A stretch of 64,000 nt of DNA from Bianqueaceae bacterium (GTDB lineage: Bacteria; Bacillota; Clostridia; Lachnospirales; Bianqueaceae). Location of the stretch: positions 1,207-65,206 of the forward strand of contig JAZQUJ010000157.1 in the NCBI GenBank assembly GCA_045631245.1, read 5' to 3'. Positions 1 to 9,702 of the stretch are shown here, in pieces. The position numbers and the translations under genes were made by a program. Below the pieces are notes generated by a model. The model saw only the letters and a program-made list of their open reading frames with translations, was not told the origin of the DNA and did no database searches. Numbering within the stretch: the stretch's first letter is position 1; every line of letters starts with the position of its first letter.

Positions 1-1
1 C

Positions 2-547
2 TATCATAACCATATTCAGACAATGAAGGCGCATTTGGCACTGGGGCATTTGCATGAGCTGGATGCTTATTTGAACGAACTGGACACGGACCTTACCAGG
101 GTGGATACGGTGCTGAAGACGGGCAACGTGATGATCGATGCAATTTTGAACAGTAAGATCTCATTGGCCCGTTCCCGATCGATCGCGGTGGATGCGAAAG
201 CTATTGTGCCGCCGCAATTGCCGGTGGCGGAGGTGGATCTGAGTCTGATCATTGGCAATATGATGGATAACGCGATGGAGGCCTGCTTGAAGATTGAGGA
301 TCCAGCTGAGCGGTTTATTCGAGTGTACATCGATATTTTGAAGGGACAGCTGTATATTTACGTGATGAACTCGGTGGGCGGACAGCTGCGCCGAAGCGGC
401 CTGCGGTATTTGACCACGAAGACAGGGGCCTATCATGGGTTTGGGCTGCAGCGGATCGACAAAGTGGTAAAAAAGTACAATGGATATTTGGAACGGCAGG
501 ATGAACCTGGAGTGTTTGCTACGGAGATACTGCTGCCGTTGGTGTGA
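2..547 (+). CDS. sensor histidine kinase, C-terminal part (GHKL ATPase domain); gene begins upstream of window
   Basis: The frame is open from the window edge. It has an N-box (IIGNMMDNAMEA) and a G-box (YHGFGLQRIDKVV). YHNHIQT at the edge resembles an AgrC/HPK10-type H-box. Confidence 0.75.
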   Translation, partial: YHNHIQTMKAHLALGHLHELDAYLNELDTDLTRVDTVLKTGNVMIDAILNSKISLARSRSIAVDAKAIVPPQLPVAEVDLSLIIGNMMDNAMEACLKIEDPAERFIRVYIDILKGQLYIYVMNSVGGQLRRSGLRYLTTKTGAYHGFGLQRIDKVVKKYNGYLERQDEPGVFATEILLPLV

Positions 548-560
548 AAAACTACCTTTG

Positions 561-592
561 GTGCACGTGGGCGACCGTTCGTGCACTTTTTT
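561..592 (+). terminator. rho-independent terminator after kinase gene
   Basis: Stem GTGCACG...CGTGCAC followed by TTTTTT. Confidence 0.6.
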
Positions 593-653
593 GTTTTGTG
601 AATATTCGTTGTGTTATAGTAGGGGTAGAACTAACATAGAGGAGGTGACCTGA

Positions 654-2477
654 GTGAGTCGAAAGAAGGAATCAGGCTTGAAAGTGAAACATTACTCGAT
701 ATGGGCTAATGTGAAATATTTTATAAAATACTATCGGAAAGATGAGCCGTTGCTGCTATGGCTTTGTTTACTGGAGATACTACTGGGGACCATGGTGCCA
801 GCGATCGGTATCTATCTGCCGAAGATTGTGGTGGATCTCTTGATGAAGGGAGTGACTGTGTCTCGGTTAATCTTTTTATTGGGTGGTCTGAGTATAGTGA
901 TGATGGCGATCTATGGAATGCAGGCGGGCATTGCAGAAGGAAAGTATTTTGTGTATAACAGTAAAAGACCCTATTGGATTGGCTTGTTGGCACAGAAAAG
1001 GCTAAAGGTCCATTATGCAGATACAGAATCAGGGGATGCTAGGAAAGCTTATTGGAATGCATATACTGCGACAGCTTGGGGAGATGGCTCTGCCATTAAT
1101 TTGACGGTATCCAGTACTGTAAATTTGGCAACGAATGTGCTGTGCTTTGCTTTATACTCCACGGTATTGGGGATTTTAGATATGTGGATGGTATTGCTGC
1201 TGATGGCTATTTCGTTGATAGATTATAAGATTAACTTAAAGAAAATTGAATATGTTGAAAGTTTGTATGAAGAGGATACGAGAGCCTATCGACATTTTAA
1301 TTGTGTGAGCGATGCAATGGGCCATAAACAGGCTGCTAAAGATATTCGTATTTTCAAAATGAATCATTGGCTGACACAGCTGAAGGAATTGACCATTAAT
1401 GAAATCAATGAGATAGACTGCAAAACTTGGCTGGGCGGGGCAAAATATGATCGTGTATCTTTTTTACTTACAGCGTTTAGAGATTGTGCTGCCTATGTAT
1501 ATTTGATCTACTTAACATCAACGGGAATGATTGACGTGGGTGAATTTGTGCTGTACATGGGAGCGGTAACCGGCTTTTCATCCTTTATTCAAGGAATAAT
1601 GGAGCATCTGGCAGATCTGCGCATTGCTTCCAACATGACCAATCATATGCGGACGTACATGGAACTGCCCGACGAGGAGCAGCTGGAGGGAAATCGACAT
1701 ATATCAGAATTAACTCAGCCGGTGGAGATCGAGTTTCGAAATGTATCGTTTCAGTATCCTGATGAAGATAAGCCACTATTTTCTGATTTTAACTTGAGGA
1801 TCAATGCAGGGGAGAAAATTGCCCTGGTGGGTATGAATGGTGCCGGTAAATCCACTTTGGTCAAGCTGCTGTGTGGTATGTATGACCCTGACAGTGGAGA
1901 AATTCTGATTAATGGAATCAACAGAAATGAATTCCCTAAAAAAGAATTGTACCAGTTGTTCTCCACTGTTTTTCAGGAGACAATGATGCTGCCCGTTACC
2001 ATAGGGGAGAATATAGCGGTTTCCATTCCGGAAAAGGTGGATAAAGCGAAAGCCTGGAAGGCCTTGGACCAGGCTGGATTGAAGCGAGTATTTGAGGATA
2101 AGCAGATTACACTGGATACCTTTATCGGTAGACGAATTGACGAACATGGAATTGAGCTATCGGGTGGTCAGCAGCAGCGTTTCTTTTTAGCGAGGGCTTT
2201 ATATAAAGATGCGCCCATCCTTGTGCTTGATGAGCCGACGGCGGCGCTGGATCCCATTGCTGAAAGTGAAATTTACGAAAAATACAATGAGTGCTGTCAA
2301 AATAAAACAGCCATCTTTATTTCCCATCGTTTAGCCAGTACCAGATTTTCAGATCGGATCATTTTGATCAGTCAGGGACAGGTTTTAGAAAGCGGTACTC
2401 ATGAGGAATTGATGCAGAAAAATGGCGAATATGCCGAAATGTATCGCATACAAAGTCAATATTATGAGGAGGAATGA
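654..2477 (+). CDS. ABC transporter, fused permease/ATP-binding protein (exporter half-transporter)
   Basis: N-terminal TM helices are followed by Walker A GMNGAGKST, signature LSGGQQQR and Walker B ILVLDEPT. GTG start with GGAGGTG RBS. Confidence 0.9.
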   Translation: MSRKKESGLKVKHYSIWANVKYFIKYYRKDEPLLLWLCLLEILLGTMVPAIGIYLPKIVVDLLMKGVTVSRLIFLLGGLSIVMMAIYGMQAGIAEGKYFVYNSKRPYWIGLLAQKRLKVHYADTESGDARKAYWNAYTATAWGDGSAINLTVSSTVNLATNVLCFALYSTVLGILDMWMVLLLMAISLIDYKINLKKIEYVESLYEEDTRAYRHFNCVSDAMGHKQAAKDIRIFKMNHWLTQLKELTINEINEIDCKTWLGGAKYDRVSFLLTAFRDCAAYVYLIYLTSTGMIDVGEFVLYMGAVTGFSSFIQGIMEHLADLRIASNMTNHMRTYMELPDEEQLEGNRHISELTQPVEIEFRNVSFQYPDEDKPLFSDFNLRINAGEKIALVGMNGAGKSTLVKLLCGMYDPDSGEILINGINRNEFPKKELYQLFSTVFQETMMLPVTIGENIAVSIPEKVDKAKAWKALDQAGLKRVFEDKQITLDTFIGRRIDEHGIELSGGQQQRFFLARALYKDAPILVLDEPTAALDPIAESEIYEKYNECCQNKTAIFISHRLASTRFSDRIILISQGQVLESGTHEELMQKNGEYAEMYRIQSQYYEEE

Positions 2478-4366
2478 ACATGGCTTCAGAGATGTTAAAA
2501 AGGCTTTCAGTAAAAGAAAACTATCGAAATATTAAGCAGTGTTTTCGTATTTTGAAGCAACTGGATCCTAAGTTTTTTGCTCTATCCGGGGTCATGCAGC
2601 TGCTTTCAGTATTGATTCCCTATATTACCTTGTGGTTATCTTCCTTTGTACTGGACGGATTTGAAAGGACAATGCCATATCATAAGATGATCATAGTCGT
2701 TTTGGCTTGTGTGGTTTTGGTTTTTTCGGTGCAGTGTGTTAAGAATTGGCTGGAGAATTTTTTGCGAGTACGTCAGTATAGGATTGCCAGACTGTATGAA
2801 TATATGAAACAGGAAAAACTGGTTCAGATGGATTACTCGAGAATTAACAGCCCTGAAGTAGAACAAATTTTACGGCGAATTGCATCAGATCAAAATTGGG
2901 GAGATCATTTCCATTCAATCATTCGTGGGCTGCATAACATTTGGGCAGCGATATTCAATGTGATTGGTGCCGTTGCACTAGGTCTTCCCATTTTAAAACA
3001 GATCATTCAATATGGGAGTTATGAAATTGCTGTCATAAGTTTAATATTGATAGTTGTTATAGCGATCGGGTTAAAATGCCGTTCTTATTTCTGGGCAAAG
3101 ATCATGCACTATATGTGGAGTACGCGGTCAAAAGAAGAGTTGACTTTGGACTGGTATTTCGCTGAGGATTTCCCCTATCAAAACGGAAAAGATATTCGTA
3201 TTTACGACGGCACAGAACTGGTGAAGGCATGGACTACTGATGTGTTCAAGCGAAAGGTCGTGAGAGACAATGCGCTGAAATATGGCTCTCTGGGCGAGGG
3301 TGGCTACGCCTTTTGCAGAAATATGCTGCGGGGAGCGGTGGAAGGTGCCGCCTATTTGATCGTGGGCATTCTGGCCATTGCCGGAGCCATGAGTATCGGC
3401 AGCGTGGTTCGCTTGGCCGGTTGCTTGAGAAACTTTATGTATGGCTTTGTGGAACTGATCTGTAGTCTGGATGATTTGGGCATGAGGGCGCATCAGCAGG
3501 TCAGCACCTTCGAATTCTTCGAACTGGAAGACGAAATGTACAAGGGCCGTCTGCCCATGGAAAAGCGCAGCGACAACCAGTACCAGATTGAATTTCGAAA
3601 TGTTTCTTTCAAATACCCCGGTTCTCAGGTGTACGCCCTGAAGAACTTTTCCATGAAGCTGAAGATCGGTGAAAAGCTGGCCATCGTGGGTATGAACGGA
3701 TCCGGCAAGACCACCATGATCAAATTGCTGTGCCGCCTCTATGATCCCGATGAGGGCGAGATCCTGCTGAACGGTGTGAACATCAAAAAGTTCAAACAGG
3801 AAGAATATAGCACCCTGTTTTCGGTGGTATTTCAGGATTATAACCTATTTCCCTTCAAACTGGGACAGAACGTGGCGCTGGATACACACTACGATGTGGA
3901 AAAAGTGGAAAAGTGCCTGCGGGATGCGGGTTTTGGTGATCGTCTGCAGGAGATGCCGGCGGGTCTTGATACCTATCTGTATACCGACTACGATGACAGT
4001 GGCGTCCAAATCTCCGGCGGCGAAGCTCAAAAGATCGCCCTGGCTCGGGCCATCTACAAAGATTCCCCCTTTATCCTGTTGGACGAGCCGACAGCTGCGC
4101 TGGATCCCCTATCGGAATATGAAATCTACACCCATTTCGATCAGATCGTAGGCGATAAGACGGCGATCTATATTTCACACCGCCTGTCTTCTTGCCGCTT
4201 CTGCGAAAAAATAGCCGTATTTCATGAGGGAAGCTTGATTCAATTGGGGAGCCACAAAGAATTATTGGCGGACACTGAAGGCAAGTATTATGAAATGTGG
4301 AATGCGCAGGCTCAGTATTATCGTGAACAGGGCAAGGGCTGGGAGAACCTGGTGGAAGAGGTGTAG
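2474..4366 (+). CDS. ABC transporter, fused permease/ATP-binding protein (partner of previous gene)
   Basis: ATGA start/stop overlap with the upstream gene. Walker A GMNGSGKTT, signature ISGGEAQK, Walker B ILLDEPTAALD. Confidence 0.9.
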   Translation: MNMASEMLKRLSVKENYRNIKQCFRILKQLDPKFFALSGVMQLLSVLIPYITLWLSSFVLDGFERTMPYHKMIIVVLACVVLVFSVQCVKNWLENFLRVRQYRIARLYEYMKQEKLVQMDYSRINSPEVEQILRRIASDQNWGDHFHSIIRGLHNIWAAIFNVIGAVALGLPILKQIIQYGSYEIAVISLILIVVIAIGLKCRSYFWAKIMHYMWSTRSKEELTLDWYFAEDFPYQNGKDIRIYDGTELVKAWTTDVFKRKVVRDNALKYGSLGEGGYAFCRNMLRGAVEGAAYLIVGILAIAGAMSIGSVVRLAGCLRNFMYGFVELICSLDDLGMRAHQQVSTFEFFELEDEMYKGRLPMEKRSDNQYQIEFRNVSFKYPGSQVYALKNFSMKLKIGEKLAIVGMNGSGKTTMIKLLCRLYDPDEGEILLNGVNIKKFKQEEYSTLFSVVFQDYNLFPFKLGQNVALDTHYDVEKVEKCLRDAGFGDRLQEMPAGLDTYLYTDYDDSGVQISGGEAQKIALARAIYKDSPFILLDEPTAALDPLSEYEIYTHFDQIVGDKTAIYISHRLSSCRFCEKIAVFHEGSLIQLGSHKELLADTEGKYYEMWNAQAQYYREQGKGWENLVEEV

Positions 4367-4443
4367 CCTTGACAATAGGGTAAGCATATGTTATACTTGA
4401 TGTACATTTCAATGATATAAGTAGTTGCATTCTATTTGCAAAC

Positions 4444-4474
4444 AAAAAACGGAGGCGGCCACCTCCGTTTTTTG
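4444..4474 (+). terminator. bidirectional rho-independent terminator
   Basis: AAAAAACGGAGG-loop-CCTCCGTTTTTT, with an A-run and a T-run on either side. It sits between the ABC operon and a convergent small ORF. Confidence 0.75.
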
Positions 4475-4497
4475 TTTGGATATTACTGCTTGTACTG

Positions 4498-4578
4498 TCA
4501 ATCTAGCCATTTGCATATGTAATATGCAATGATACTAGCCATAATCGACAGAAGAAATGATATAAGTAGATCTTCCAT
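4498..4578 (-). CDS. small hydrophobic peptide (26 aa, MEDLLISFLLSIMASIIAYYICKWLD)
   Basis: ATG at 4578 with AGGAGGTG 9 nt upstream. The peptide has a single TM-length hydrophobic core and ends next to the bidirectional terminator. It is below the ORF-track length cut-off. Confidence 0.45.
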   Translation of the reverse strand: MEDLLISFLLSIMASIIAYYICKWLD

Positions 4579-4861
4579 TTGCAAATTCACCTCCTTCCAA
4601 ATACGTTGGAAGAACAAGCAGTGGAAATAGTATATCAAATATTGTCGAAAAAGAAAAGACAGAAAAATGAAATTCTGGAAAAAAATGGGGACGGACCTCT
4701 GCGGAAATTACGTTCCTTTATATATTTGCTGCAGAAATTTTGAAAAAGTAAAATTACGGGATAGAGAAGAGGCTGTCTCATTAAAACAACGAACACAGAA
4801 CCGGCAATAACCTCACGTCTACAGTTTATAGATGATTGATTACCGCTGTAGACGAATTGTA

Positions 4862-5160
4862 GTACTAGTTGTCTATTACATCAAACGGGCATAGTAACAG
4901 GTATACACTAGCGGCATACCCGTTATAAATACTCTGCGTAGAAAGGGATAACGGGTAATTTTACCAGTTGAATGCCTACAAAAGTACAGACTTTAACGGG
5001 TATTACTAGTTAGCACTCTTAAAAATAAAGTCTATCAACAGGTATTTTTCCCTTAGATTACTGGTTAAAGCCCATAAAAATCACCATACACAACGGGTAT
5101 AACGTTCAAATATACCTGTTAAGTATGGTGATTTTTAGTTAGTACAACAAGTAATAAGAT
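4862..5160. repeat. cluster of hairpin-forming intergenic repeat modules (core AAC[G/A]GGTAT / ATACC[T/C]GTT, ACTAGT)
   Basis: 5036-5158 aligns by eye at about 80 percent with the reverse complement of 7851-7970. 4862-4925 is a further partial copy in the same orientation as the right-hand module. A long hairpin at 5077-5135 has flanking A/T runs. Confidence 0.8.
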
Positions 5161-5244
5161 GATCCTTTGCTTTTTACAAGATCTCAAAACAGAAATTCTG
5201 TCTGTTAAAAGTTTTTATCGTGTTAAGAAAGCACTTTTCGCGCA

Positions 5245-6783
5245 TCAATGGATACTTCCTATTTTTTCTTGGAACAAATACAAACTGATCCCCTGCTCCA
5301 TCTTTTGATACAGTTCATTAAACGTCATGGTGGGAGTTTGTAAGTAGGAGAGAAGTCGTTCATCTATATTACAACGCAATTGATTTTGAGGAAGATATAC
5401 AGTATGAACTTGTTCGATCATTTGCGTAAGGGAGGCTGCAGTTTCCTGACTCATGGGCTGCATAAAATAAGGCTCAGATCCGTAAATGGGTAGTTCAATG
5501 GTGGTCTCAGTCAAAAACTGCATCGTATCGGAGATGTTTTCGCGATTGATAGAAGCACCCAGATACCAGGGAACCGGTGTGTCCGCGAGATATTTCAGCA
5601 GCTGATAACTTTCATCGGGATGCTCGGATGCGGCGGGAATGAGTCCGCAGAGAGAGACCTGAGCGGCATAGGAAGCACCCTGTTGTTCGGGAATACCGAT
5701 ACACATAAAAGTTTCATCCAGATCCCGATAGCGGGATTCGTAGTAGGCAGCCTGGGCGATGAAAGAACTGTAGGTGTAGTCACTATAAGCTGGATCGATA
5801 TCGAGAAAACAGGCCACCTGATCAGTGATAGCAGAGAGGCTGCTATCATTGATATGATTTGAGGCGGCGGAATAGTAATACCATTTGCTTTGGTCGGAAG
5901 AAAGGTAGTCAAAAGAAAGATTATCGGATAGCTGAGATAAAGAGGAACGGTCACAGTCCCAATTATTATAGATGTAAGCTTCGTATAAAGAGAGGATTTT
6001 TTCAAAGTATTCGGGATCCAAGGTTACAGTTTCGGTTTCTGGATCCAGTAAGGATACACCGCCGGCAAAGAGGAAAAATTGAAAAACAGAAGAGAGCATG
6101 GGGAGATCCTCAAAGCCCATCAGTAGTACTTCATCGGTGGGACGGGAGAGGTTATTTAATTCAGAAGTCAAGGTGGATACGATTTCTCCAAAAGAAGCAT
6201 CAGAGGAAAGATCAAGTCGGTGACGAGCCAATGATTCTTCTGAGGTATACAGGGCATACATATTAAAAATAAGAGGAAAGGCTAATTGTTGCTCGTTCTG
6301 AATACCGGCGCGCAGTACGGGTTCCACATATTGTCCATTGCTGTAGATTTGATCCTGTTCGAAATAAGGGGCTAGATCCTTATAGTTTTCATCGGAAAGA
6401 TAATATTGAAGATCGGCACCGGGACCAAGGACGATCAGATCCGCCGGCCCAACTACGGAATCTTGGTGGAAAGCGTCGTGAATACGCAGGTCAATATAGT
6501 TCTTCTGCGCGTAGCTTTTGAGAGCTTTTTCAATGTAATTTTCGTCAATGGAAGGAACACCGGAAAATTCACCTAACTCTCCGTAGGCGGATTCAATGAT
6601 CCAAATATGAAGCTCGGTGGCAGCCTTGCTGGTTTCATCGGTCTCAATAGTAGTTTCGGAGGCCTCGTGGAGGACAGAGTCCGGAGTAGATTCTTCAGTT
6701 TGGTTTTGCGCTGTGCGCGAAGGGCTGCAGGCGCAAAGAACAAGGGCCAATACAAGAATGAGAGTAAGAAGCTGACGTTTCAT
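5245..6783 (-). CDS. lipoprotein of unknown function (possibly solute-binding-like)
   Basis: Start moved to the internal ATG at 6783, which has an AAGGAGG RBS. Signal peptide plus lipobox MKRQLLTLILVLALVLCAC. Confidence 0.75.
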   Translation of the reverse strand: MKRQLLTLILVLALVLCACSPSRTAQNQTEESTPDSVLHEASETTIETDETSKAATELHIWIIESAYGELGEFSGVPSIDENYIEKALKSYAQKNYIDLRIHDAFHQDSVVGPADLIVLGPGADLQYYLSDENYKDLAPYFEQDQIYSNGQYVEPVLRAGIQNEQQLAFPLIFNMYALYTSEESLARHRLDLSSDASFGEIVSTLTSELNNLSRPTDEVLLMGFEDLPMLSSVFQFFLFAGGVSLLDPETETVTLDPEYFEKILSLYEAYIYNNWDCDRSSLSQLSDNLSFDYLSSDQSKWYYYSAASNHINDSSLSAITDQVACFLDIDPAYSDYTYSSFIAQAAYYESRYRDLDETFMCIGIPEQQGASYAAQVSLCGLIPAASEHPDESYQLLKYLADTPVPWYLGASINRENISDTMQFLTETTIELPIYGSEPYFMQPMSQETAASLTQMIEQVHTVYLPQNQLRCNIDERLLSYLQTPTMTFNELYQKMEQGISLYLFQEKIGSIH

Positions 6784-6971
6784 AGGCGACCTCCTTGTTT
6801 TTTTCTTTAGTATAACATGGCTGGAGGGAAAGGGCAATGACGATTGCGGCCGGTAGGAGATTCTTAAGAATGATTCAAGGATGCTGCGAAGCATCTTGCG
6901 GTTTGAATCTTTTGTGCGTATAATGGAGATAGAATTTGTACGTGAACTTTTACATAGATCAGGAGGCTCTT

Positions 6972-7835
6972 ATGCGTTATCAATTTCTTCGCTTTCCGGG
7001 CGGAAAGCCCAAGGCACTTACTTTTAGCTACGATGATGGCTGCATTGAAGATATTCGCTTTTCACAGATTTTGACAAAACATAACCTGAAGGGTACCTTC
7101 AACCTGAACTGCGATGTGTTGCGCAAAGGAAGCGGCTTGTCGCAGGCAGATGTGGAAGAATATCTGTTGGACAAAGGGCACGAGATCGCCGTGCATGGGC
7201 AGCTGCACCGGGCCGAGGGCGGTATGCGACCCATCGAGGGTATCCGTGATGTGCTGGAATGTCGATTAGAACTGGAAGAGAAGTATGACCGCATCGTGCG
7301 GGGCATGGCCTTTCCGGATTTTGGTATTACCAAGATGTATAACGGTGCGTCCTATGAGGCGGTGCGTCAATATTTGAAAGAACTGGACATTGTGTATGCC
7401 CGTACCCTGAGCGGTGATAACAATCGGTTTGCCCTGCCGGAAGATTGGCTGGCCTGGATGCCGACGGCCCATCATAACAATCCACAGCTGATGGACTGGT
7501 TGGATGAGTTTTTGGATTTCGATTATGATCGAAAGGGAATCTACTGTGCGAACCGCGGACCCAGACTGTGTTACATTTGGGGGCACAGCTATGAATTTGA
7601 GCGGAATCAAAATTGGGAATTGGCGGAGCGGATTTGCGAAAAGGTAGCCGGTAAGGACGATGTTTGGTATGCCACCAACATTGAGATCTATGATTACGTA
7701 ACGGCTTACCAGTCGCTGGTGTACAGCGCCGATGGCCGCAGAATTTATAACCCGACTTTGAAGACGATTTGGATGGAGCGGGATGAAAAGCTGTACTGCA
7801 TTCAGCCCGGAGAAGAAGTGAAAATGGAAGATTAA
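6972..7835 (+). CDS. polysaccharide deacetylase (NodB-homology) family protein
   Basis: ATG at 6972 follows AGGAGG. Motifs LTFSYDDG and HGQLH are typical of carbohydrate esterase 4 deacetylases. Confidence 0.75.
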   Translation: MRYQFLRFPGGKPKALTFSYDDGCIEDIRFSQILTKHNLKGTFNLNCDVLRKGSGLSQADVEEYLLDKGHEIAVHGQLHRAEGGMRPIEGIRDVLECRLELEEKYDRIVRGMAFPDFGITKMYNGASYEAVRQYLKELDIVYARTLSGDNNRFALPEDWLAWMPTAHHNNPQLMDWLDEFLDFDYDRKGIYCANRGPRLCYIWGHSYEFERNQNWELAERICEKVAGKDDVWYATNIEIYDYVTAYQSLVYSADGRRIYNPTLKTIWMERDEKLYCIQPGEEVKMED

Positions 7836-7850
7836 GAGCAAGAATTCTCT

Positions 7851-8040
7851 GGTTACTAGTTGTACTAACTTAAAACACCATACTCAACAGGTATAGTTGA
7901 ACGTTGTACCCGTTGAGTATGGTGTTTTTTAATGGTTAGGACTAGTAATTTTATGAGAAAATACCTGTTGTGCACTATTGTTTTCGAGGATGACAACTAG
8001 TAAATCAGGGAAAATACCCTAAGTATTAGTGCAATTTCCT
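7851..8040. repeat. inverted copy of the 4862-5160 hairpin repeat module
   Basis: Hairpin at 7872-7930 (AAAACACCATACTCAAC...GTTGAGTATGGTGTTTTTT). It also serves as the terminator for the deacetylase gene. Confidence 0.8.
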
Positions 8041-8060
8041 GATTGTAATGAAATAGGCTT

Positions 8061-8831
8061 TTACAGGGGACGGACCTGTGGTCGGCCCACATAATTCAGC
8101 CCATACTTTTCCACCATGGACTGAGCCACTTTCAAGGATTCACCGTCATAAGCAGCGGCTACCTCATGGGCATCGAAACCAAAGGTAACGGGACAGCCCA
8201 CTTCACCGGCAACCTCCCAGAACAGCATGTTGGGGTAGGTGCGGCCCTCGCGGATGCCGAGGAAGTTGATCTCCAGCGGAATACCGCAGGACTTGGAGGC
8301 CTCGCACAGGCGGCGGGCTTCGGACTTGTAGATCGCTTCATCGCCTCTAAACATCAGCACGTCAGGATGAGCCACATAGGTGAAAACACCGGACTCGATT
8401 CCCTTAATAACGCTGTCAGTGTATTCCTTCAGATCCTCCACACTCTCGTTCTTACGGTAGGTGGCGCGGCCATTCGGATGCTCGCTGCCAAGAAAGTGCT
8501 GGCCTAAAATCAAATATTCAGCGCCCAGTTCCTTCACCATTTTCAGCATGGCATCGAAGTAGGCGGGGTAGTATTCCATTTCGTAGCCGATCTTGATGTC
8601 GATGCGGTCTTTATATTCCTCTCGCAGGGCAGAAATGGTTTCAAAATAATCAGCGGCCTGAGCATAGGGCACACGGTAGTGAGATTCGTAACCATCGGGG
8701 AAAACAAAGGTAGCATGATCAGAAAAGCCCATGTACTCTACCCCATTTGCAATGGCGCGTTCAATATATTCACGCTCGGTGCCGGAGGCATGGCCGCAGC
8801 GGGTGGTATGGGTGTGGTAATTGTAATTCAT
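8061..8831 (-). CDS. PHP-family histidinol-phosphatase-like protein
   Basis: MNYNYHTHTTRCGHASG is an N-terminal PHP metal-binding motif. Start placed at ATG 8831. Confidence 0.7.
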   Translation of the reverse strand: MNYNYHTHTTRCGHASGTEREYIERAIANGVEYMGFSDHATFVFPDGYESHYRVPYAQAADYFETISALREEYKDRIDIKIGYEMEYYPAYFDAMLKMVKELGAEYLILGQHFLGSEHPNGRATYRKNESVEDLKEYTDSVIKGIESGVFTYVAHPDVLMFRGDEAIYKSEARRLCEASKSCGIPLEINFLGIREGRTYPNMLFWEVAGEVGCPVTFGFDAHEVAAAYDGESLKVAQSMVEKYGLNYVGRPQVRPL

Positions 8832-8854
8832 AGTTGTATTCCTTAATTGAGTGA

Positions 8855-9169
8855 TCACCACCGCGGCAGAAGTGCAGCCAAATTGTACACATCTTCCTGG
8901 GCGGTTTGGTAGGTGTTAGCGCAGGCCCTTAGAGCACTGCTATAGTTTTTGAGAGATTCTTTGAAACGTTTTTCGGTGGAATCCGGAGCATCAACGGCTT
9001 CCCACTGACCGCCAAAGACCAAAGCATCCGGACCAATCCAGTCGGAGGTCAGCATGTTTTTAATGCTGGCGTTGGCATTGTTCATTTGGCGTTCCTGGAT
9101 TTCACAATAGTTATCAATGGCGTTGGCCATGTTACGCAGATCCTGATGGTTGACTTGTATAAGTGCCAT
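8855..9169 (-). CDS. WXG100-like small helical protein
   Basis: 104 aa, helical, with a central W-x-G (DWIGPDA). It is the last small gene of the T7SS effector cluster. Confidence 0.65.
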   Translation of the reverse strand: MALIQVNHQDLRNMANAIDNYCEIQERQMNNANASIKNMLTSDWIGPDALVFGGQWEAVDAPDSTEKRFKESLKNYSSALRACANTYQTAQEDVYNLAALLPRW

Positions 9170-9180
9170 GTCGATTTACC

Positions 9181-9480
9181 TCATAAGAATTGATCTGATA
9201 ATTTTGTATTAACGGTTTCGGCGTTTACATAGCCGGGAGTAACGGATTGCTGGAGCAGGTTTACATAGTTTTGCAGCACTGCAGACCGAGCCTCATTGCC
9301 GTTAAATAACTGATACATTAAACTGGCGGCAGCAGTGCCGGCGCGGCTGTTCCAGCTGTTTTCCATGGTATATCCGGCGGAGCGCAGAACATTAAAGGCA
9401 TCGTTCATGGCTGCATTGGAAGCGGAGAGCGTGTTGGCAGCTGCCAAAATGCCATCGGTGTTGACTTTTTGAATGGCCAT
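9181..9480 (-). CDS. WXG100-like small helical protein
   Basis: Start at ATG 9480 with a GGAGG RBS, giving 99 aa. Central SWNSRAG. The C-terminus (LSDQFL) resembles that of the EsxA-like gene (LGDQFK). Confidence 0.65.
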   Translation of the reverse strand: MAIQKVNTDGILAAANTLSASNAAMNDAFNVLRSAGYTMENSWNSRAGTAAASLMYQLFNGNEARSAVLQNYVNLLQQSVTPGYVNAETVNTKLSDQFL

Positions 9481-9484
9481 AGGA

Positions 9485-9700
9485 TCAGTCCTCCCCGTTG
9501 ATAAAGTCGGCAAGACGATTGGTGTCGACATTGTTCAGTCGTTTTAATACATACCGATACTTGTTGATAATGGTATCCAGAGAGTCGGCACAGAAATTTT
9601 GGCCGATGCCCTTAAAATCATAACGAACGCCATCTTCGATGGCAACCAGCTCGTTAATGATGGACTGGAGTTCGTTTCTGCAAGAATTAAGTGTAGCCAT
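9485..9700 (-). CDS. small helical protein (71 aa), possible effector chaperone/targeting partner
   Basis: Tightly packed between the hydrolase gene (2-nt gap) and the WXG-like gene. No motif recognised. Confidence 0.55.
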   Translation of the reverse strand: MATLNSCRNELQSIINELVAIEDGVRYDFKGIGQNFCADSLDTIINKYRYVLKRLNNVDTNRLADFINGED

Positions 9701-9702
9701 GG

